Shown here piece by piece: positions 49,912 through 58,652 of a stretch of 64,000 nucleotides of DNA. Below the pieces are notes generated by a model. The model did not search any database and had not been told where the DNA came from. It saw only the letters and a list, made by a program, of their open reading frames with translations. Numbering within the stretch: position 1 is the first letter of the stretch; each line of letters starts with the position of its first letter. The stretch comes from Gemmatimonadota bacterium. Its GTDB lineage: Bacteria > Latescibacterota > UBA2968 > UBA8231. Location: assembly GCA_038153405.1 (NCBI GenBank), contig JAYOYH010000003.1, positions 113,353-177,352 on the forward strand, read 5' to 3'. Position numbers and translations under genes: made by a program.

Positions 49912-50901
49912 ATGTCTAAAAAAATTCTTATCACCGCCCAATTCCACAACGACGAATTCGCCTCGAGCGAACGGCAGCAGGGCATGGAACGCCTCGCCCA
50001 ATACGGCGAACTCGTCCGGGAGAAGGAGGTGCTCAATGCCGAAGATGCCGAGGGCGTCATCGCCTCCGTAGCCAGTTCATCGCTCTATACGGACGAATTC
50101 TACGAAGCGGCCAGCGACCTGCGGATCATCGCGCGCTGGGGAGTGGGCTTTGACAAGGTCAACGTCGCCGCTGCCACGCGCCACGGCGTGCTCATCACGG
50201 TGACGCCCGTGCACATGGATACCGTGGCCGAATACACCATCGCCCAGTGGATGGCCACGCTCAAACGCGTTTACACGCTCAACCGCCTCTCGCACGGAGG
50301 GGACTTCTCCATTATTCGCACCTACGAGGCACAGGGCTCGACCCTGGGACTCTACGGCTGTGGGCGCATCGGGCAAGAAGTAGCCCAGCGCGCCCGCCCC
50401 CTGCTCGGCGATAGGGGCCGCCTGCTGATCTACGACTCGCGCCCCGATATCGGTGAGATTGCCGCGCGCTTCGGCGCCGAAGCCGTCGATTCGCCCCGCG
50501 CCCTATTTGAACAGTGCAATACCGTCAGTCTGCACGTATCGGGCGACGAAACCATTGTCGATTACGATCTCCTCTCGGCCATGCAGCCGCACGCCTCGCT
50601 GATCAACCCCTCGCGCGGCAACTTAGTGGACGACGCGGCGATCCACCGCGCCATAGGCGAAGACAAGCTCTACTATTACGTAGTCGACGACCCGGTAAAT
50701 GGCCCGCGCGCCATCCACAAAGATCACCCGCGCATTATCTGCACCAACCACAACGCCGGCATTTCCGTCGAATCGACCATCCGCCTCGACCAGAAGACGA
50801 TTGAGCAGGTGACCGATACGCTCGAGCACCGCCGCCCCGATTTTATTCTCAACGAGGAGGTCCTCGAACACCCTCGGGTCAAAGAGTGGCTAAACGCATG
50901 A
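49912..50901 (+). CDS. D-2-hydroxyacid dehydrogenase family protein, atypical
   Basis: RWGVGFDKV, VAEY, GLYGCGRIG, INPSRG, TNHNAG. Confidence 0.85.
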   Translation: MSKKILITAQFHNDEFASSERQQGMERLAQYGELVREKEVLNAEDAEGVIASVASSSLYTDEFYEAASDLRIIARWGVGFDKVNVAAATRHGVLITVTPVHMDTVAEYTIAQWMATLKRVYTLNRLSHGGDFSIIRTYEAQGSTLGLYGCGRIGQEVAQRARPLLGDRGRLLIYDSRPDIGEIAARFGAEAVDSPRALFEQCNTVSLHVSGDETIVDYDLLSAMQPHASLINPSRGNLVDDAAIHRAIGEDKLYYYVVDDPVNGPRAIHKDHPRIICTNHNAGISVESTIRLDQKTIEQVTDTLEHRRPDFILNEEVLEHPRVKEWLNA

Positions 50902-52031
50902 AAATAATTCGCTTAGAGAGCATACCACTCAGCAATCGGGGCATGCTCCTACGCGTCGAGACCGACGAGGGGCTCGTCGGTCTGGGTTCGCCGATGAACT
51001 ACGAGCACGGACGCACCGTGGCGCGGGCCATCGAGGATATGGGCGAGTATTTAATCGGCCGCGATCCGCTGCAAATCGAAGACCACTGGCAGACCCTCTT
51101 TCGCTCCTCCTATGCGCGCCAGATGCCCATCCTGCTATCGGCGCTCAGCGGCATTGAAATGGCCTGCTGGGACCTGCTGGGAAAAAGCGTTGGACTCCCG
51201 GTATGGAAACTGTTGGGAGGGTCCGTTCGCGACGCCATCCGCGTCTATGGAGGAGCCGGTGGCGCCACCCCCGAACAGGCCGCCGCTAGCGCTCGCCGCA
51301 GTGTCGAAGCCGGATTCACCGCCGTGAAGACCACGCCCTTTCCCGAGGCCGTCCGGCCCATCGAAACGCCGGCCGGCATCGATCGCGTCGTCACCCATAT
51401 CGCCGCCATACGCGAGGCCATTGGCCAATCGGTCGATTTGGCCATCGACTTTCATCGCGCCACGAGTCCGCCCTTTGCCAAAATGCTGCTGCGCGAGTTG
51501 GAGCCCTTTCGCCCACTCTTCGTCGAAGAGCCCACCAAAGCCATGCCCGACAACATCGGCCCGCTGCGCGAGCTCGCCCAATCGACCTGTATCCCCATCG
51601 CAACGGGCGAGCGCTGCGCTACGCGCTGGGGCTTTCGCGAGATTTGCGAGACCAAGGCCGCCGCCATCATCCAACCGGATATTCGCCACTGCGGCGGCAT
51701 TCGCGAAATGCGCCATATCGCCGCGCTGGCCGAAGTGCACGAAATACTCGTAGCTCCGCACAGTGCCGCCGACCCGCTCGGAATTGTCGCCGCCGTGCAC
51801 GCGATGGCGCCGACGCCGAATTTCTTACTCATGGAGTTTGGCGGGGGTGGAGGAGAAGACTTTTTCGTCGAACCGCTGCACATGATAGACGGCTTTGTAC
51901 AACTACCTCAGGGGCCTGGTTTGGGCGTGGAAATTGATCCCGACGGCCTCGAACGGATGCGGCAACGCGGCCCGTGGCGACAGCGCACGATGCGCCGCCA
52001 CCGCGAAGACGGCAACTTCTCCGACTTTTAG
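50898..52031 (+). CDS. Mandelate racemase/enolase superfamily sugar-acid dehydratase (DgoD-like)
   Basis: SGIEMACWDLLGK, AIDFH, FVEEP, IATGER, IIQPD, VAPH, GPGLG; ATGA overlap with the previous stop. Confidence 0.9.
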   Translation: MKIIRLESIPLSNRGMLLRVETDEGLVGLGSPMNYEHGRTVARAIEDMGEYLIGRDPLQIEDHWQTLFRSSYARQMPILLSALSGIEMACWDLLGKSVGLPVWKLLGGSVRDAIRVYGGAGGATPEQAAASARRSVEAGFTAVKTTPFPEAVRPIETPAGIDRVVTHIAAIREAIGQSVDLAIDFHRATSPPFAKMLLRELEPFRPLFVEEPTKAMPDNIGPLRELAQSTCIPIATGERCATRWGFREICETKAAAIIQPDIRHCGGIREMRHIAALAEVHEILVAPHSAADPLGIVAAVHAMAPTPNFLLMEFGGGGGEDFFVEPLHMIDGFVQLPQGPGLGVEIDPDGLERMRQRGPWRQRTMRRHREDGNFSDF

Positions 52032-54682
52032 CCAGGCGGCAATGCCCTTTCGACCACGCTCCTGAACTCGTCGACGGTATAGGGCTTGGTGAGACAAGCG
52101 ACAAATCCCAGAGCATGAACGTTAGCCATATCTAACTTCTTCGAATAGCCGGAGGACAGCACAATCCGCGCCTGCGGGTTGATCTGCTGAATTTCTTTGG
52201 CCATTGCAATGCCCCCCCTCCCTCCTGGAATCGTCAAATCGAGGATCACCACGTCAAAAGGATTCCTATCGCACCAAGCGCTGCGATAGCGCATAAGCGC
52301 CTCCTCCTCAAACGGAGTAGCCAGCAGGTCGTAGCCCAGGTCCTCGCTCAAACGCATAACCGCTTCACATAGCTGGTCGTCGTCGTCGAGCAGCAACACG
52401 CGTCCGCCCATCGCCGAATGGGAGACCGATTCAATCTGCGTTTCGGATACACGCGCTCCCCTAGGCAGGTAAAAACGGAACTCCGAGCCTTCCCCCACTG
52501 CCGAATCGGCCGTCAGCATGCCGCCATGTCGATTTATAATGGCGTAGCTCGAGGCAAGCCCCAACCCGGCCCCATCTTTCTTGGTCGTAAAGTAGGGATC
52601 GAAGACGCGCTGTAAGTCATCCGCACGAATGCCCATCCCCTCGTCGCGGACCGAGCACAGGACGTAGGATCCTCTTTGCAGCAAATGGGACTGGCCATCT
52701 TCGCATTCGAAATTGCGCATTTCCACGCGCACCGTTCCTCCGCCGGGCATGGCCTGCTGGGCATTTAATATCAGGTTGTGTACAACGCTTCTTATCTGCG
52801 ATGCATCGATATCGACAGGCCAGAGATCGTCCTTCTCCTCAATTTCTAATTTGGCGTTGGAACCGCGCAGGGCAAAAGTAGCCGAGTTGCGCACGATATC
52901 CTGCAACGAGGCCCTCTTACGCACCAACTCCTCGTTGTGCATAAACCCCATGAGCTGACGCGTCAGGTCGCGCGCCGCATACAGGGCTTTATCGATATCA
53001 TCGACGATTTCCCCGCGCTTTTTATCGTCCGTTACCATCTTGAGTAACGACGTGTTAATCGTAGCAGATGAAAGCATGTTGTTGAAATCGTGGGCAATGC
53101 CGTCGGCCAATTGGCCGAGTGACTCAATGCGCTCTATGCGCAGCCGTTCCATTTCGCGTGCCCGTTCAGCCGTGATGTCCTGCGCGACAAAAACTCCTCC
53201 ATCAACCCAGCCTTCATCCCCGCCGATAGGGGTGCCGTATATACGCACAGCGCTAGGTGTGCCCCCCCCTCCCAGAAGGGTAATTTCTATCGATTCGCGA
53301 CGGCCGACGGCAAGCACGCTGTCGATTAGCTGGTCGACGAGTCCCTGGCCGCCCTCGTCCACCGATAGCACTGCGCCCAGATACCGTCCCACCACCCCAT
53401 CGGCAGTGGCTCCAAACAACGCGCTGAACGGCGTATTACTCATGGTGATGTATCCCGCTCTATCCGTGGTCACCACGCCGTTCCCTATACTCTCTTGGAC
53501 AATTTCAAGCCGTTGACTCTGTTCGGACAGATTCTGGTACAGCGTAGCATGCACCAGCGCCAGTGCGAGCATATCAAACAGGGGGTTTAGTGCTTTTAAA
53601 CGTTCGAGCACCTCCTCTTTTTCCGCCATAGGACTTCCCGTTGCCAACACGGCCACGGTGACATCTCCCTTTTTGATAGGTATGAAATAGGCCGTGCGCC
53701 CGTGGCGGTCAGCAGGCGAATCAACGCGCTTGTCGAAGCGCGGATCCCACTCGTCGAGCACGGCCATTGTCCCGTTCCGCGCCACTTCTGCGGTTATATT
53801 TGTATCGTCGAGGTCGTAGCTAACTACTGACTTTGACGCGTTGTACACACTGGATTGCCCATCTTCAAATCGGCATACAACTCTGCGTACGACATCGACT
53901 CGGTGCGCATCTCGATCGACCAGTGCCACAGACAAACTCTCGAAAATACCGGCACTCGCGATTTCTTGCACTAGGCGGTCGAGTATCTCATCGCGGTTCA
54001 ATGAAGACAGTAGCGAACGTTCAACTTTTTGCAGAGCTGATACCAGGCGATCGCGCTGTTCCAACGCGCGAAGTCGATGTTCCAACGCACGGTGTATACG
54101 CGCGTGCTCGAGAGCTAACGCCACCTGTTTGAACAGGGGCTGCATGATCTGTATGCGCCGGACTATTTCATCCTGGTCATCGGGTTGACTCCCCGTCGAC
54201 AGCACGGCAGCAACGCGCCCTCCGCAGCGCAGAGGAATGAAATACGCCATTTTCACATAGCGACTATCAGCAATATGTTCAACGAATCCCTGCACCAAGA
54301 CGTTGCCCCTAAGCGCCGCTATGACAGTTAAGTCATCGCTCTGATCAAGGGAGATCCTGCGCCCCGCCAAACGACCGACAAACGGTTCTCTTTTGTCCGA
54401 TTCGTCGACGTAGACAAGTTCGTCCGCGCCGCTGAGATTGGGGTTGATTTTCCCCTGTCTATCAACGGCTAAATAATTGCCAACAATCTCCACGTATCCA
54501 TCTTCCCAGTTGACCAACGTGATGGTCAGACTGCGAAAGATACCCGCCTGCAGCACCTCGTCGGCCAGCACCGAAATCAGCACATTCCAGTCGAGCGATG
54601 CTATGAGCACGTCCTCAATTCGCGCGACTGCCTCCTTCAACCGCTCCTCAGAAAGATGAGGTGCTTTCAGCGTATCATGCAT
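52028..54682 (-). CDS. Cytoplasmic hybrid histidine kinase (GAF-GAF-PAS-HisKA-HATPase-REC)
   Basis: IAHDFNN, NLILNAQQAM, DEGMGI, FDPYFTTK, GLGLA; REC VLLLDDD...ILDL...SSGY...KPY; two similar N-terminal GAF-like blocks. Confidence 0.9.
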   Translation of the reverse strand: MHDTLKAPHLSEERLKEAVARIEDVLIASLDWNVLISVLADEVLQAGIFRSLTITLVNWEDGYVEIVGNYLAVDRQGKINPNLSGADELVYVDESDKREPFVGRLAGRRISLDQSDDLTVIAALRGNVLVQGFVEHIADSRYVKMAYFIPLRCGGRVAAVLSTGSQPDDQDEIVRRIQIMQPLFKQVALALEHARIHRALEHRLRALEQRDRLVSALQKVERSLLSSLNRDEILDRLVQEIASAGIFESLSVALVDRDAHRVDVVRRVVCRFEDGQSSVYNASKSVVSYDLDDTNITAEVARNGTMAVLDEWDPRFDKRVDSPADRHGRTAYFIPIKKGDVTVAVLATGSPMAEKEEVLERLKALNPLFDMLALALVHATLYQNLSEQSQRLEIVQESIGNGVVTTDRAGYITMSNTPFSALFGATADGVVGRYLGAVLSVDEGGQGLVDQLIDSVLAVGRRESIEITLLGGGGTPSAVRIYGTPIGGDEGWVDGGVFVAQDITAERAREMERLRIERIESLGQLADGIAHDFNNMLSSATINTSLLKMVTDDKKRGEIVDDIDKALYAARDLTRQLMGFMHNEELVRKRASLQDIVRNSATFALRGSNAKLEIEEKDDLWPVDIDASQIRSVVHNLILNAQQAMPGGGTVRVEMRNFECEDGQSHLLQRGSYVLCSVRDEGMGIRADDLQRVFDPYFTTKKDGAGLGLASSYAIINRHGGMLTADSAVGEGSEFRFYLPRGARVSETQIESVSHSAMGGRVLLLDDDDQLCEAVMRLSEDLGYDLLATPFEEEALMRYRSAWCDRNPFDVVILDLTIPGGRGGIAMAKEIQQINPQARIVLSSGYSKKLDMANVHALGFVACLTKPYTVDEFRSVVERALPPG

Positions 54683-55823
54683 CTACAATATCCCCGAACG
54701 GTAGGTCTGTTTTGATACGGGCTATTCTGCGTTCCAACCACATGCGCTCTACCCAATTGCGCAATTCGCGCACGTTGCCCCACCAAGGGCAATCACCCGG
54801 CAGCAGGCGCACTAATTCTTCGATATCGCCGAGGGAATCGTGCGCGAATAGATTCGATGCAAACGATCGAGAAAGGGGCTCGACATCCTCGCTACGTTCG
54901 CGCAGGGGGGGAATAAAAAAGCTGTTAGTACCTAAACGCTGCAGCAGTTCGGGCAGCATGGCACCGCCGTCGGCCTGAGGGGCAAGACGCGCCGTGCTCG
55001 TGGCCATAATACGCACGTCAACCCTTCTGCTGACTCCGCGCCGGGCGATGCGCCGATGGTCGGCAAAATCGAGCAGTGCGCGCTGAAACTCCAAGTCAAG
55101 GCAGCCAATCTCTTCAAATACAATCGATCCACCATCGGCCATTTCGCACCGGCCGATTTTCTCGCTTTGGCCATCGCCAAAGACATCGGCTATCGCCAAT
55201 CCCTCTGCCACTTGGCAGCAGTCAACGGAGATCAATGGACGGGAATGTGGCTGCACCTGTCGGTGAATATAGTCGACCAAAGCCGTCTTACCGCTGCCGA
55301 ATTCACCACTGATCAGCACACAGGCCGCTCGATCTCTTCCAAGCGGTTCCGCTCTGGCGGCGATCGTCTGCATGACCTGGCTGGCATAGACAAAATCATC
55401 AATACCGACTCCCCAGGCCTGCACCGAGCGCAGTGCCGAAACTTCTTTGCGCAGCGAACTGACCTCATCCACTCGGTCAATCACCGAGGAAATTTGGCCC
55501 ATATCAAAGGGTTTCTGAACAAATTCCCTCGCCCCTATCTTCATCGCATCAACGGCGCTGTCGACGGTTCCGTACCCCGACATGACAACGACCGGTAGTT
55601 CGGGATATATTTTGCGTATGCGTTCAAGTAACTCTAAGCCGTTGAAGAATTCGTCGCGCAGCACTAGATCGAGCAAGACCATATCCGGTTGATATGCCAC
55701 CAACTCCTCCAAACCCTCTACTCCGGTTGCCACGGCCACAGTATGGTGGCCGAGCAGATCCAACCCACGGCGCAGGGTTTCGCGCATTAGCGCTTCGTCT
55801 TCTACAATTAGAATCGTTGCCAT
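54675..55823 (-). CDS. NtrC-family response regulator (REC + AAA+) with degenerate sigma54-activator motifs and no visible HTH
   Basis: LIVEDE, LLDL, MSGYG, QKPF; GEFGSGKT; VDVRIMATS; PPLRERSED; WWGNVRELRN; no GAFTGA. Start trimmed to ATG 55823. Confidence 0.85.
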   Translation of the reverse strand: MATILIVEDEALMRETLRRGLDLLGHHTVAVATGVEGLEELVAYQPDMVLLDLVLRDEFFNGLELLERIRKIYPELPVVVMSGYGTVDSAVDAMKIGAREFVQKPFDMGQISSVIDRVDEVSSLRKEVSALRSVQAWGVGIDDFVYASQVMQTIAARAEPLGRDRAACVLISGEFGSGKTALVDYIHRQVQPHSRPLISVDCCQVAEGLAIADVFGDGQSEKIGRCEMADGGSIVFEEIGCLDLEFQRALLDFADHRRIARRGVSRRVDVRIMATSTARLAPQADGGAMLPELLQRLGTNSFFIPPLRERSEDVEPLSRSFASNLFAHDSLGDIEELVRLLPGDCPWWGNVRELRNWVERMWLERRIARIKTDLPFGDIVDA

Positions 55824-55931
55824 GCGCGTACTATACGAAATTGCAGAGCGGACGACAAACCGTGCCACAGATTGACGTACAGCGCCGTCATTCTTATCTA
55901 AGACGCAACTTCAAACGAGGCCAGCGCTCAT

Positions 55932-57047
55932 ATGGATAACGACAGACTTCGCGAGGCCCTACCCTTCCTTCGACCGCGCACGGAAGACCCAAGCGCCATC
56001 GTGCTGTTCCTATTTGCCCTTATGTGCGCGGCCATTTTCGGCGCCATCGCCCTCCACCTATTGCGGCGATACCGCCTGCGCCAGGCTCGCGAGAATGTTC
56101 TCAGAGAAATGGGCGCGGCAAAGGGACTGAAAAAGAGCGATCTCGACCTGCTGTGCACGCTGGCGGCCTCTCTCGAACGACCCGCCCAGCTGGCCGAGTC
56201 AGCCTATATATTCAACCGAACTGTCGGCGTATACGTCGACAAACTCATCGAGCGCGATTGGCATCATCCGCACTTTCAGCCTATTGCCAACATACGTCAA
56301 AAACTGGGATTTGATAGCACAGCCAGCGACAGACCGCTGCGATCAACGCGCGAATTGCCCGCAGGCATCACGCTGATGGTGTGGAATGCAGAAGGGGGAC
56401 AAGAGGCGTTCTATCCGTGGATGCTCGTCGAACGCGACGAGCGCGCCCTGTCCATCGTGCCGCTGTTAAGGGACGATTTTCACCGCTACGAACAGCTGGC
56501 CAAAGGGGGCCAACTTGCGCTTCGCTTTTGGCGCAGCCACGACGCGGAGTACCGCGTCAGTCTGCTGATCCATTCTGTCGACTACGAGCAAAACGCCGTA
56601 CTACTGCATCATTCGGACCAAGTCGAACGCCTACAACAGCGCGATTTCCACCGCATCAGCGTTCACTTTCCCATACGACTTCTCGTCGCACAACCAACTC
56701 CAGCAGAAGGAGAAAACGCCTCGGAAAGCACTTCGCCAACGGCAGAGGGAGTAGGTCACAGTGGGCGCTCGGTGCAAGCCTATGTTCTCGACTTGAGCGC
56801 CGGTGGGCTGAGCATTGAGGCCGATGTGCAAGAGCCATTGGCAGGAGATATCGTGGTGGATCCACAGTTCAAGGGGCCATTCCCACTGGCCGGGCTGGCC
56901 TGTGAGATCGTCCACCAAGCGCACATCGGCGGTGCCTGGCGCCTACAGCTGCACTTTTCCGATATGGCCGAAGTACAGCGCTCGGAGCTAGTGCGCTTGG
57001 TGTACGACTACCAATTGCGCACCGCCGATGGCGGCCCTACTTCTTAA
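55932..57047 (+). CDS. Membrane-anchored PilZ/YcgR-like c-di-GMP receptor
   Basis: N-terminal TM helix; QRDFHR (RxxxR) and DLSAGG (D/NxSxxG). Confidence 0.85.
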   Translation: MDNDRLREALPFLRPRTEDPSAIVLFLFALMCAAIFGAIALHLLRRYRLRQARENVLREMGAAKGLKKSDLDLLCTLAASLERPAQLAESAYIFNRTVGVYVDKLIERDWHHPHFQPIANIRQKLGFDSTASDRPLRSTRELPAGITLMVWNAEGGQEAFYPWMLVERDERALSIVPLLRDDFHRYEQLAKGGQLALRFWRSHDAEYRVSLLIHSVDYEQNAVLLHHSDQVERLQQRDFHRISVHFPIRLLVAQPTPAEGENASESTSPTAEGVGHSGRSVQAYVLDLSAGGLSIEADVQEPLAGDIVVDPQFKGPFPLAGLACEIVHQAHIGGAWRLQLHFSDMAEVQRSELVRLVYDYQLRTADGGPTS

Positions 57048-57089
57048 GGAATGGGCCAACTACAGCTGCGATCGGCCGTTTTATACTCG

Positions 57090-58190
57090 TCAAATCGGCA
57101 TGTACTCCAGTTCAAAGACCCGTTCGATAAACCACCCCACGCCAAAGAGCAAAATCACCGCTGAGACTCCCCAGACTACCTGCTGTTTAAACGCCTTGCT
57201 GTTAAGCCAGAGAATGCCGGGAAAGAGCACGGCGACAATGGCGATTTGGCCCACTTCAACTCCGATATTAAAGGAAAGCAACGACGCGATTAACCCCTCG
57301 GTCGGCAAGCCCAATTCGCGCAATACATTAGCGAAACCAAAACCGTGTACTAGGCCAAATAGAAAGGTGAGAATCCAGCGGTGTTCGGTGCGCTGTAACC
57401 AGAAATTCTCCAGGGCTACGTAGGCAATGCTCAGCGCAATACCCGCCTCAACCCACTTAGCCGGCAGCATGACCATCTCGAGTGCAGCCAAACACAGCGT
57501 TATGCTGTGCGCCAGCGTAAAAGCCGTAACGATCTTTACCAGGCTCCTTAGGCGCCCGCCCACGGCAATGAGGGCGAGTAGAAACATAATGTGGTCGTAT
57601 CCCAGAAAGATGTGCTCAATGCCAAGCCATACAAAGGCAATGGCCTGTTCTACAAGAGATTTTTCGCCTTCGGCGTAAAAAGACTGTTCGGCGCTATGGG
57701 CGGCAAAGACGGCCTGTTCCAACGGCTTGCCGGGCATCAGCACTTTGGCGATACACTTGTGCTCCTCGCCAAAGGCTGCAAAAAAGTCGACGTGGACATC
57801 GAGCCGTTCGGGCACAGCCTCCAATGCAGCACCAAAATACAAGACGGCAAACATATTGCCCTTATTGTCGGGATTGATATCGGTGCCGCCCGGCGCCAGC
57901 ACAAGACGCTCGCCATTGATGCGCACCTTAAAGTGGTCTGCGGCGAAATCGACGACCTGCGGCAAGCCCGCCTGCATTTCTTCGTAGAACAGCGTTCCGT
58001 CGCCGTTGGCATCCAATCCCAACTGTTCCATATCAAAATCATCTATGCGCAGGCGCAGCATGAGGGTATCGGCGCGCACGACGAGATTGGCATAGCTCGT
58101 ATTGAGCTTGTGCGCCCACGCCTCCTGTGCAACCAGACACAGTGCGGCGAGCACTGCGCAGAGGCCGCGCGTGAAATATTTCCTATGCAT
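57090..58190 (-). CDS. HupE/UreJ-family membrane protein with N-terminal periplasmic domain
   Basis: Signal peptide AWA-H; LGIEHIFLGYDH, TAFTLAHSITL, FGLVHGFGFA, FNIGVEVGQ. Confidence 0.88.
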   Translation of the reverse strand: MHRKYFTRGLCAVLAALCLVAQEAWAHKLNTSYANLVVRADTLMLRLRIDDFDMEQLGLDANGDGTLFYEEMQAGLPQVVDFAADHFKVRINGERLVLAPGGTDINPDNKGNMFAVLYFGAALEAVPERLDVHVDFFAAFGEEHKCIAKVLMPGKPLEQAVFAAHSAEQSFYAEGEKSLVEQAIAFVWLGIEHIFLGYDHIMFLLALIAVGGRLRSLVKIVTAFTLAHSITLCLAALEMVMLPAKWVEAGIALSIAYVALENFWLQRTEHRWILTFLFGLVHGFGFANVLRELGLPTEGLIASLLSFNIGVEVGQIAIVAVLFPGILWLNSKAFKQQVVWGVSAVILLFGVGWFIERVFELEYMPI

Positions 58191-58204
58191 TCACATTGAC
58201 TCCT

Positions 58205-58609
58205 TCAGGGTTGCTGCTGTAGGTAGGCGATGTGTCGGGCGATGCTGCGTCGATCTTCAACGGACAGGTGTGAGTAACCCGGCATACTCGTTCCCGCAAT
58301 CCCCTTGCCAACAGTCTCGGCCATCTGCTCTACATCGTGGCCTTTTTTGTAGTGGTTCAGGTCGCGGAAGTCGCGCGGTGGGGGTCTCAGCGTGCCGGCA
58401 ATGCGCCCGTCGCCGCGCCCGTGATCGCCGTGACATACGGCACAGCCGTTGCGCATGTAGAGTTGGTGCCCCCGCTCGTCAGCAGCAACGGCAACGCTAG
58501 CCGACTCGGCACCTTCCTTGCTTTCGCCCTGGCCGCATCCGGTGCCGAAAAAAAGCCACACCGCACAGATAGCCAGTCGACCTAGTCCATTTAAATGGAT
58601 GTTTTTCAT
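58205..58609 (-). CDS. Monohaem c-type cytochrome lipoprotein
   Basis: CAVCH, GRGDG, PPRDF, GTSMP; lipobox GTGC. Confidence 0.88.
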   Translation of the reverse strand: MKNIHLNGLGRLAICAVWLFFGTGCGQGESKEGAESASVAVAADERGHQLYMRNGCAVCHGDHGRGDGRIAGTLRPPPRDFRDLNHYKKGHDVEQMAETVGKGIAGTSMPGYSHLSVEDRRSIARHIAYLQQQP

Positions 58610-58652
58610 GAGAAATAATAAAAGTACAGATCGCCGCACACGGAAGGGTTTT

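Noticed and set aside
55853..55868. Second sigma54 promoter upstream of the NtrC-like gene (minus-strand TGGCACG)
   Set aside because: The -12 position reads CG rather than GC at the required GG-N10-GC spacing.
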